Source: Oscillospiraceae bacterium
GTDB taxonomy: Bacteria > Bacillota > Clostridia > Oscillospirales > CAG-272
Assembly: GCA_015064965.1 (NCBI GenBank)
Contig: SVRG01000001.1
Coordinates: forward strand, 24,448 to 88,447
Length of the DNA stretch: 64,000 nucleotides
Direction: 5' to 3'
The position numbers and the translations under genes were made by a program. Of the stretch, positions 56,848-64,000 are shown one piece after another. Below the pieces are notes generated by a model. The model did not search any database, was not told where the DNA came from, and was given only the letters and a program-made list of their open reading frames with translations. Position 1 is the first letter of the stretch; the number at the start of each line of letters is the position of its first letter.

Positions 56848-57641
56848 TGGCAACTTTAAAACTATCGGCGGGCAAAATTGCCCGCCGAATTGCAGAAAAA
56901 GGCGAAATCGGCACTGTAATCGGCGTTTTTTCACAAGGAATCTATTGCAAAGTGCGTGCTGAAATCATCCTTTTCCACTGCAAAAAATGGGGATATGTTC
57001 CCTTTGGACTTGGGCTTGAAAGCTTTTCTGCCTTTTCCGAAGAGGTGAGCGCAAATGTGGGCGACACAGTTGTTCTCACCGAAAACTCGCTTGCCATGTC
57101 GGGCAAAACCTTTGATGTGGAGCTTTCGTGCGAAGCTCCCACTCCCTTTGCTCCGAGCGGCGATGCGGACAAGGAACGCCTTGATGAAATTTTTAAGTAT
57201 GTCAGCGAGCACGGCTCTGCGGCAGGTATTTTAGACCTCATCGAGAAAAACCGCATTGGCTGCCGCGACGCGATACGCGACCTTGCAAACGGCGACATCG
57301 GCGCCGCATCAAAACTTATCGGCCTTGGCAGGGGGCTCACACCGTCGGGCGATGATTTTCTCTGCGGATACTTTGCAGTGCTCAACGCACGCGGCGTGCT
57401 TGCAGTTTCACTGCGTGAAAGCATCTACGACAGTCTCGACCGAACAACGCAGATAAGCGCCGCATACATAAGCGCAGTGCTCGGCAGACGCTATTTCTCA
57501 ATCTATGACAGCGCAGTGAAAGCTATCTTTTCAGACGGCGACTTTAAAAAGGACGTTGACTTTGTGCTCTCCATGGGTGCCTCCAGCGGCACTGACACCA
57601 TGGTTGGCGCGCTTGTTGCTGCAAGATATAACCTTTTCTAG
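56847..57641 (+). CDS. DUF2877-domain protein
   Basis: 264 aa, GLGRGLTPSGDDFLCGYF motif typical of DUF2877 (memory-based). The ATG overlaps the kinase TAA by 1 nt. Confidence 0.65.
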   Translation: MATLKLSAGKIARRIAEKGEIGTVIGVFSQGIYCKVRAEIILFHCKKWGYVPFGLGLESFSAFSEEVSANVGDTVVLTENSLAMSGKTFDVELSCEAPTPFAPSGDADKERLDEIFKYVSEHGSAAGILDLIEKNRIGCRDAIRDLANGDIGAASKLIGLGRGLTPSGDDFLCGYFAVLNARGVLAVSLRESIYDSLDRTTQISAAYISAVLGRRYFSIYDSAVKAIFSDGDFKKDVDFVLSMGASSGTDTMVGALVAARYNLF

Positions 57642-57643
57642 CT

Positions 57644-57749
57644 GTCATCCTGAACGAATGTGAAGGATCTGCACGGCGAAGCCGTGTCTCTTTTAGAAAA
57701 ACCTTGTATGCACAAGGTTTTCAGATTCTTCGCTCACGCTCAGAATGAC
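57644..57749 (-). repeat. TIR-bounded hairpin-rich intergenic repeat, copy 4 (inverted orientation)
   Basis: gtcatcctgaacgaatgtgaaggatc...gattcttcgctcacgctcagaatgac. It starts 2 nt after the DUF2877 stop. Confidence 0.85.
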
Positions 57750-57765
57750 GGATTGTATTACGTCA

Positions 57766-57793
57766 AAAAAGGCACTCATAAGAGTGCCTTTTT
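57766..57793. terminator. Bidirectional rho-independent terminator
   Basis: aaaaaggcactc-ataa-gagtgccttttt. Confidence 0.8.
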
Positions 57794-57797
57794 ATTT

Positions 57798-59078
57798 TTA
57801 TTTTTCTTCGCCGAGCATTTTTTCAAGCGAGGCAAGGCGGATGCAGGCAGAAAGTGCCTGAATGCACACCTCAAGCTCGTGAATTGCCGAAAATGTGGGG
57901 GCAAGACGGATGTTTGCATCACGCGGGTCATTGCCGTAAGGATATGTCGCACCTGCGGTGGTAAGTGTACCGCCCGCCTGCTTCATAAGATTCCATACAC
58001 GCTTTGCACAGCCGTCCATAACGGTAAGGCTGATAAAATAGCCGCCGTTTGGCTTGGTCCAGCTTGCAATGCCAAGACCGCCAAGCTCCGCCTCAAGAGT
58101 TTCAAGCACAATTTCAAACTTAGGGCGAATAATTGCTGCGTGCATTTCCATAATGCGGCGCGTATTTTCCGCATTTTTAAGGAAGCGTACGTGGCGAAGC
58201 TGATTGAGTTTATCCGCGCCGATGGTCTGCACGCCGATAAGCTTTTTTGCCTGCGCCATATTCTTTGCGCTGAGCGCCATCATTGCAACGCCTGCGCCGG
58301 GGAATGTGATTTTAGATGTAGAGGTAAAGTAAATAATTCTGTCCTCGGTGCCGTAACGCTTGCCAAACTCAAAGATGTTTGCAAGCTTTTCCTCGGTGTA
58401 AACATCGTGGATGAAGTATGCGTTATCCCAGACTATACGGAAGTCGGGTGCTGCGCACTCCATTCTCATAAGTCTGCGCACAACCTCACGGTCGTAAGTG
58501 TAACCGGTGGGGTTTGAATACTTGGGCACGCAAATGATGCCGTGAACCTCGGGGTCTTTTGCAAGCTCCTCGATCTTATCAATGTCGGGCTGACCGCTTT
58601 CAAGATACTCAACAGTTATCATCTCGATGCCGAGAGTTTCAAGAATTGCAAAATGGCGGTCATATCCGGGGGCAGGACAGATAAACTTAACCTTATCGTA
58701 CTTGCACCAAGGAATATTTACATCGGGCGCACCGTAGAGCATGAGGCGCGAAAGCGCATCATACATCATGTTAAGGCTGGAGTTGCCGCCGACAAAAATG
58801 TTTTCCTCAGGGATTTCGGTAAGCTCGGAGAAGAGTCTTTTTGCCTCCGGGATACCGTCAAGCATACCGTAGTTACGGTAGTCAACGCCGCCCTCGCCAA
58901 AGCACTCATCGGCAGTAAGCTCGGGAAGCATTTCGTTTGAAATGTCAAGCTGCTCGCCAATCGGCTTGCCGCGCGAAAGGTCAAGCGAAAGCTTGAGCTT
59001 GCAAAGGCAGTCAAATTCTATCTGCGCGCGCTTGAGTTGCTCACGCTTTTCTTCAAGAGAAAGGTCGATATATTTCAT
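57798..59078 (-). CDS. PLP-dependent aminotransferase (fold type I; aspartate-aminotransferase-like family)
   Basis: 426 aa, LSLDLSRGKPIGEQLDIS N-terminal block and TSTSKITFPGAG (PLP lysine). Family recalled from memory; substrate unknown. Confidence 0.75.
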   Translation of the reverse strand: MKYIDLSLEEKREQLKRAQIEFDCLCKLKLSLDLSRGKPIGEQLDISNEMLPELTADECFGEGGVDYRNYGMLDGIPEAKRLFSELTEIPEENIFVGGNSSLNMMYDALSRLMLYGAPDVNIPWCKYDKVKFICPAPGYDRHFAILETLGIEMITVEYLESGQPDIDKIEELAKDPEVHGIICVPKYSNPTGYTYDREVVRRLMRMECAAPDFRIVWDNAYFIHDVYTEEKLANIFEFGKRYGTEDRIIYFTSTSKITFPGAGVAMMALSAKNMAQAKKLIGVQTIGADKLNQLRHVRFLKNAENTRRIMEMHAAIIRPKFEIVLETLEAELGGLGIASWTKPNGGYFISLTVMDGCAKRVWNLMKQAGGTLTTAGATYPYGNDPRDANIRLAPTFSAIHELEVCIQALSACIRLASLEKMLGEEK

Positions 59079-59104
59079 GGGTACTCCTTATGGGTAGATT
59101 GCTT

Positions 59105-60499
59105 TTAGAACTCGGCAGAACCTGTGGTTCTCGGATATGCTTCAACGTCGCGGATGTTGGAAACGCCGGTCACATACATAACAAGGCGCTCAAATCCAAG
59201 ACCAAAGCCTGCATGCTTTGCACCGCCGAAACGACGGAGATCAAGATACCACCAGTAGTCCTCTTCCTTAAGGCCGCAGCGCTCCATTGCCGCTGTGAGG
59301 TAGTCAAGACGCTCCTCACGCTGTGAGCCGCCGATAAGTTCGCCAACGCCGGGAACAAGCATATCCATTGCCGCAACAGTCTTATTGTCATCGTTGAGGC
59401 GCATATAGAATGCCTTGATCTCCTTGGGGTAGTCGGTAACGAAAACAGGCTTGCCGAAAATCTTTTCGGTGAGGTATCTCTCATGCTCGGTCTGGAGGTC
59501 AATACCCCAGGAAACAGGATACTCAAACTGATTGCCGCTCTCGGTGAGAAGCTTGATTGCCTCAGTGTAGGAAACTCTTGCAAAATCGTTTGAAACAAGG
59601 TTTGTAAGGCGCTCAAGCAGAGTGTTGTCAACGCGGAGGTTGAAGAACTCAAGCTCCTGCTTGCAGGTGTCCATGATATGGCGGACAATGTACTTAATCA
59701 TATCCTCGGCGATGTTCATGTCATCGGTGAGGTCGGCAAATGCCATTTCAGGCTCCATCATCCAGAACTCTGCAGCGTGGCGCTGAGTGTTGGAGCGCTC
59801 TGCGCGGAAGGTGGGACCAAAGGTGTAGATGTTGCCGAATGCCATTGCGTAGGTCTCGCCGTTGAGCTGACCGGAAACGGTGAGCGATGTGGGCTTGCCA
59901 AAGAAGTCCTTGGTGTAGTCAACCTTGCCGTCCTCGGTAAGCGGAGGATTTTCGGGGTCAAGAGTAGTAACGCGGAACATTTCACCCGCACCCTCACAGT
60001 CGGATGTGGTGATGATGGGAGTGTTTACATAAACAAAGCCGCGCTCATTAAAGAACTTGTGAATTGCAAATGCGCACTCGCTTCTCACGCGGAAAACCGC
60101 ATTGAAAAGATTGGTACGGGGGCGAAGATGCGCAATTGTGCGGAGGAACTCAGGCGAGTGACGCTTTTTCTGAAGCGGATAGTCGGGGGTGGATGTTCCC
60201 TCAACTTCAACGACCTCTGCCTTAAGCTCAAAAGGCTGCTTTGCCTCGGGAGTGAGCACAAGCGTACCTGTCACAACAAAAGCAGCGCCTACGTTCTGCT
60301 TTGCAATTTCGCTGTAATTATTTATTTTATCAGCCTCGAAAACGACCTGAAGTGTGCCAAACGCACTACCGTCGTTAAGTTCTATAAATCCAAATGCATT
60401 GGATGCACGAATTGAGCGCGCCCAGCCGCAAACTGTAATCTGCTTGTCGGCAAAATCAGCCGCGCATGCATAGATACTTTTAATAGATACTCGCTGCAT
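59105..60499 (-). CDS. asnS: Asparagine--tRNA ligase
   Basis: 464 aa, class IIb aaRS with N-terminal OB fold. [21 protein letters not shown] (motif 2 region) and GFGLGFERL (motif 3). Confidence 0.93.
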   Translation of the reverse strand: MQRVSIKSIYACAADFADKQITVCGWARSIRASNAFGFIELNDGSAFGTLQVVFEADKINNYSEIAKQNVGAAFVVTGTLVLTPEAKQPFELKAEVVEVEGTSTPDYPLQKKRHSPEFLRTIAHLRPRTNLFNAVFRVRSECAFAIHKFFNERGFVYVNTPIITTSDCEGAGEMFRVTTLDPENPPLTEDGKVDYTKDFFGKPTSLTVSGQLNGETYAMAFGNIYTFGPTFRAERSNTQRHAAEFWMMEPEMAFADLTDDMNIAEDMIKYIVRHIMDTCKQELEFFNLRVDNTLLERLTNLVSNDFARVSYTEAIKLLTESGNQFEYPVSWGIDLQTEHERYLTEKIFGKPVFVTDYPKEIKAFYMRLNDDNKTVAAMDMLVPGVGELIGGSQREERLDYLTAAMERCGLKEEDYWWYLDLRRFGGAKHAGFGLGFERLVMYVTGVSNIRDVEAYPRTTGSAEF

Positions 60500-60540
60500 A
60501 ATAATTTATCCTTTACTATATAAAATTTCCTATTATTATA

Positions 60541-61197
60541 TTATATCCTACTTTTCTTACTATTGCAATAACTTTTGCAAAAACTCTTCATCGGACATTC
60601 TTCGCATTTAGGGCTCCTTGCTGTGCAGATGTCGCGCCCAAAGTAAACTATGCGGTGGCAAAACTCGCTTTGAAGCGGTTTTTCGATGTATTTATCGAGA
60701 ATCTTCTCGATTTTTGCAGGATTTTTCTCACTTTCGGGATAAAAACCAAGTCTGCCGCAAATGCGTATACAATGCGTGTCGGTAACGATATTTGGCTGAC
60801 CGAAAAGGTCGCCGAGCAAAAGATTTGCTATTTTACGCCCCACGCCGGGAAGCGAGAGCAGCTCGTCAAGTGTCTGCGGTACCTCGCCGCCAAAGTCGCG
60901 CACGATGATCCGGCACGCTTCTTTTATGCTTTTTGCCTTGGTTTTGTAAAGTCCGCAGGGGCGTACAGCCTCTTCAAGCGCGTGTATATCCGCTTCTGCA
61001 ACGTCTTTAAGCGTTGGGAACTTTTCAAAAAGTTCCTTTGAAACAATGTTTACCCTCGCGTCGGTGCACTGCGCAGAAAGCCGCGCCATAATGAGCAGTT
61101 TCCACGCCTCTCCGCTATAATCAAGGGAGCATACCGCATCGGGGTAAAGCTTTTCAAGTTCGGCAGCGCAAAGCCTGCCAAGTTCGTATTTTGTCAT
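60541..61197 (-). CDS. nth: Endonuclease III
   Basis: 218 aa, HhH-GPD (LLSLPGVGRKIANLLL), 4Fe-4S cluster C-x6-C-x2-C-x5-C at the C-terminus. Confidence 0.92.
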   Translation of the reverse strand: MTKYELGRLCAAELEKLYPDAVCSLDYSGEAWKLLIMARLSAQCTDARVNIVSKELFEKFPTLKDVAEADIHALEEAVRPCGLYKTKAKSIKEACRIIVRDFGGEVPQTLDELLSLPGVGRKIANLLLGDLFGQPNIVTDTHCIRICGRLGFYPESEKNPAKIEKILDKYIEKPLQSEFCHRIVYFGRDICTARSPKCEECPMKSFCKSYCNSKKSRI

Positions 61198-61218
61198 GAT
61201 AGTTAATATGGTCCACTT

Positions 61219-61325
61219 GTCATTCTGAGCAAATGCGAAGAATCTGAAAACCTTGATGAAATCAAGGTTTTTCTTAAAGGAGACACGCCTGCGGCGTGCA
61301 GATCCTTCACTGCGTTCAGGATGAC
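61219..61325 (+). repeat. TIR-bounded hairpin-rich intergenic repeat, copy 5
   Basis: gtcattctgagcaaatgcgaagaatc...gatccttcactgcgttcaggatgac. The left boundary box (taatatgg..ccactt) lies only ~7 nt from the nth start codon. Confidence 0.85.
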
Positions 61326-61348
61326 AATTAGAAAGATAAATTTATAAT

Positions 61349-63451
61349 TTAAGGTAAAACTTCCATTTCGTTATACTGCGAAACATACTGTTCGCCTTTG
61401 AGGAAGGAGTCATACATTGCCTTTGCGGTATACGCCGCATCGGTGCCGTTTGCGCCCTGCTCTATTACAACTGCAACTGCAATTTTAGGAGCCGAATACG
61501 GCGCAAAGCCGATAAACAGTGCATTATCGCTTCTATCGCCGCCGACCTGCGCGGTACCGGTCTTTCCGCCGACCGCGATATCGTATCCGCGGAAGATACG
61601 AGCGGCTGAACCGCTTTCAACAACGTCCTTCATCGCGCTTTTGATAGTCTGCAAAATGCCGTCGCGAAGCTCCACCTTGGCAATTATCTCAGAGGTGTTT
61701 TCATGTACTACAGTGCCGCTTGGGAACTCCGTCACCTTGCGCAGCAGATGCGCCTTATATCTTGTGCCGCCGTTTATAAGCGCGCTTGTGTAAACCGCAA
61801 GCTGAAGCGGCGAAAACATATTGTCCGACTGGCCGATTGCCGCCTGTAATGTGTTGCCCGGCACCCAGATATTGCCGCGGCTTTCACTGTAGGCAGGACC
61901 TGCCAGAATACCGCTCGACTCGCCAATCTCGATACCGGTTGGCTCACCGAGTCCGAATTTCTTTATATATTCGTTCATTTTTTCTATTCCGAGGCGATTG
62001 CCGACATCATAGAAAAACACATTGCACGAGTTTTGAATTGCCTGCACCACGTTCTGGCTGCCGTGACCGCGATTATACCGCAGATAGTACCAACAACGCG
62101 GATTGTAGTCGGCGCTGAACGCATAAAAACCGCCGTCATAAACGGTGGTATTGACCGTAATCACACCTGCGTCAAGCGCGGCGGCTGCTACACCCGGCTT
62201 AAATGTGGAACCGGGGGTGTATGTGCCGAGCGTTGCGCGGTTATATAACGGACGTTTTTCGTCTGCTGAGTAAAGACTATAGTTTTCGAGATAGTCCGAA
62301 AGGTTGAATGTGGGGTACGAAGCAAGTGCAAGCACCTCGCCGGTGTATGGGTCAACTGCAACTGCGGCTCCGCAGCTTGCATCCTCACCGTCATGGTCGC
62401 CCTTTTCGTTTTTCGCCCTCTCCCGGATGACCTTTATATTATCCGCAAGAGCTTTTTCGGCGGAAATCTGCAAATCAATATCAATGGTCAAATATACATC
62501 CTTGCCTGGTACAGGCTCTTTTATCACCTTTTCGGAAATGATGTTGCCGTATGCGTCTTCTACAATTTCAAGCACGCCGTTTTCGCCGCGCAGATACTCC
62601 TCGCAAACCTTTTCCATGCCCGAACGTCCCACATATGCATCGCCGGGATATCCTTTTTCGGTATACGCGGCAAGCTCCTCTGCAGGAATCTTGGCTATGT
62701 GACCGAGAATGTGCGACGCATAGCCGTCATAGACATACGTGCGCGCCTCCTTTTCGGTAACCATCACCTGATGAATGGCAAGCTCCTTGACATATGTCAG
62801 CGTTGAAAGCGGAACATCTTCGGCTATTGTATACGGCTCAACGCGGCTGAACTGCATATATTCCATATGAAAGCGCGTGCGGAAAAGCCGGTCAGCTTCT
62901 TCCTCGGAATAGTTTTCAACAGTTTCGCTGCGTGTTATCTTTGCAATTCCGTAACGCGAACGCAGATAGTCAAAAAGCTCCTTGTCTGTAGTGTCCTCGT
63001 CAAGCTCAAGTCGGCGGAGCAGACTTGCAAACTTTGTGCGATTAGTGGCACTTGCAAAAAACTCGCCGTCGCGGATGTAGTTCGGATAACTGCCCTTAAA
63101 GGGAAAAACCGGCTCGGTAAGACAGCTCTCGCCGCCTCCGTTTTTCACCGCGGCGCGTGTGTCGAGTATAACCGCGTTGAACTCGGCGTTGCTCCTTGGC
63201 ATAGCGCCGTATTCAAGGCTTATCGAATAATTTGTGGTGTTTACGACAAGCGCCTTGCCGTTTCTATCATAAATCTCGCCGCGAGCGGCATCAATGGAAA
63301 TATACCTCGTCTTTGACTCCTGCTCAATAATGGTATAGTAGTCCTGACCTGTAATCTGAAGTCTGACAAGCACTACAAGGTACACGGCGCAGATAACGAT
63401 AAAAAGTGCCGCAATTGCCGCAAGCCGCAGCGTTGTATGAACTTTTTTCAC
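61349..63451 (-). CDS. mrdA: Penicillin-binding protein 2 (elongasome transpeptidase)
   Basis: About 700 aa, N-terminal TM, SxxK (GSTFKP), SxN (QNSCN) and KTG (GKTGTA). Start ambiguous: GTG 63451 (6 nt after the gggggtg SD) preferred over GTG 63460. Confidence 0.88.
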   Translation of the reverse strand: MKKVHTTLRLAAIAALFIVICAVYLVVLVRLQITGQDYYTIIEQESKTRYISIDAARGEIYDRNGKALVVNTTNYSISLEYGAMPRSNAEFNAVILDTRAAVKNGGGESCLTEPVFPFKGSYPNYIRDGEFFASATNRTKFASLLRRLELDEDTTDKELFDYLRSRYGIAKITRSETVENYSEEEADRLFRTRFHMEYMQFSRVEPYTIAEDVPLSTLTYVKELAIHQVMVTEKEARTYVYDGYASHILGHIAKIPAEELAAYTEKGYPGDAYVGRSGMEKVCEEYLRGENGVLEIVEDAYGNIISEKVIKEPVPGKDVYLTIDIDLQISAEKALADNIKVIRERAKNEKGDHDGEDASCGAAVAVDPYTGEVLALASYPTFNLSDYLENYSLYSADEKRPLYNRATLGTYTPGSTFKPGVAAAALDAGVITVNTTVYDGGFYAFSADYNPRCWYYLRYNRGHGSQNVVQAIQNSCNVFFYDVGNRLGIEKMNEYIKKFGLGEPTGIEIGESSGILAGPAYSESRGNIWVPGNTLQAAIGQSDNMFSPLQLAVYTSALINGGTRYKAHLLRKVTEFPSGTVVHENTSEIIAKVELRDGILQTIKSAMKDVVESGSAARIFRGYDIAVGGKTGTAQVGGDRSDNALFIGFAPYSAPKIAVAVVIEQGANGTDAAYTAKAMYDSFLKGEQYVSQYNEMEVLP

Positions 63452-63473
63452 GTTATCCACCCCCTTTTTATTT

Positions 63474-63986
63474 TTATTTGTCGGTTTTCACCTTGAGTGA
63501 TTTGAAAATAGGATAAATCAGTAAAGAAAGCACCGCGCTCATCGCAAAGGACGGCAGAGTGTTTTCCAAAACAATTGCGCCTGCGCCTATTTCCCAATTT
63601 GAAACAGGTGCAAAAAGCGACAAAATCGCATGAATAAGCAACCCGCCAAGCGTATAGCAAAGCCATGCAAAGTAATTTCTGACAAAAAAGCTTTCAAAAA
63701 GCCATGTGCAAACAATCGCAAAAACCGTATAGAAAAGCGGGAAAATAAGCGTGTTTGTGCCAATCACCACGGTTTCAATCACCGAAAAGATAAGGGCAAA
63801 AAAACTTGCATACTTTGCGCCCTCAAAAAACGCAAGTGAGGAAACGACCGCCACAAGCAAGGTCGGTGTGTTTGCAAAAATCCGAATTGCAGGTAAAAAT
63901 GAATATGAAAAAAGTAAAATTCCAAGGCATACAAGGGTGTATACAACGGATTTAAGCACGGGTTTTTCTCTGAGCGAAAGTCTCAT
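63474..63986 (-). CDS. mreD: Rod shape-determining protein MreD
   Basis: 170 aa, five hydrophobic helices, located directly upstream of mrdA. Identity rests on context plus topology. Confidence 0.7.
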   Translation of the reverse strand: MRLSLREKPVLKSVVYTLVCLGILLFSYSFLPAIRIFANTPTLLVAVVSSLAFFEGAKYASFFALIFSVIETVVIGTNTLIFPLFYTVFAIVCTWLFESFFVRNYFAWLCYTLGGLLIHAILSLFAPVSNWEIGAGAIVLENTLPSFAMSAVLSLLIYPIFKSLKVKTDK

Positions 63987-64000
63987 CAGTCCACCTCGTA

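Noticed and set aside
63987-64000. Last 14 nt probably encode the C-terminus of mreC (…YEVD-stop, with the TGA abutting the mreD ATG)
   Set aside because: The fragment is too short to support a call. It is inferred only from the usual mreC-mreD-mrdA order.

Overview
This 64-kb window is chromosomal DNA from a moderate-GC Firmicute. It looks like Clostridia, and an Oscillospiraceae/Ruminococcaceae-like origin is my inference from gene content only. Nearly all of it is core housekeeping, mostly on the minus strand: yebC (partial), argS, a GH43 hydrolase, a P-type ATPase, folT-folC, dnaB/dnaD-like plus dnaI, rex, tsaD-rimI, a YwlE-like phosphatase, dCMP deaminase, galU, rbfA-nrnA, rplJ-rplL, type III glutamine synthetase, hrcA-grpE-dnaK-dnaJ-prmA, a WalRK-like two-component operon, murA, hslO, pgk-tpiA, asnS, nth and mrdA-mreD. 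I saw no tRNA, rRNA, CRISPR, transposase, integrase, phage or recognisable defence genes. Recognisable cis-RNAs are a yybP-ykoY (Mn2+) riboswitch before the P-type ATPase, a THF riboswitch before folT-folC, an L10 leader with attenuator, and a perfect CIRCE operator before hrcA. Six things are not explained by standard annotation. (1) Five intergenic copies of a 96-145-bp hairpin-rich element bounded by terminal inverted repeats show compensatory stem changes; two inverted copies bracket hslO and one copy has its core flipped. (2) A different ~110-nt multi-helix element occurs twice, each time directly after a stop codon inside a minus-strand operon (argS|yebC and grpE|dnaK), again with compensatory changes. 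(3) Three secreted proteins with unrelated N-termini share a near-identical 393-bp C-terminal wall-binding module. (4) Three tandem lipoproteins are trigger-factor-like PPIases with Thr/Glu-rich linkers. (5) A divergent acetate/butyrate-kinase-family gene is translationally coupled to DUF2877. (6) Twin 19-bp perfect palindromes lie upstream of rex. All of this comes from reading the sequence by eye; no searches were run.
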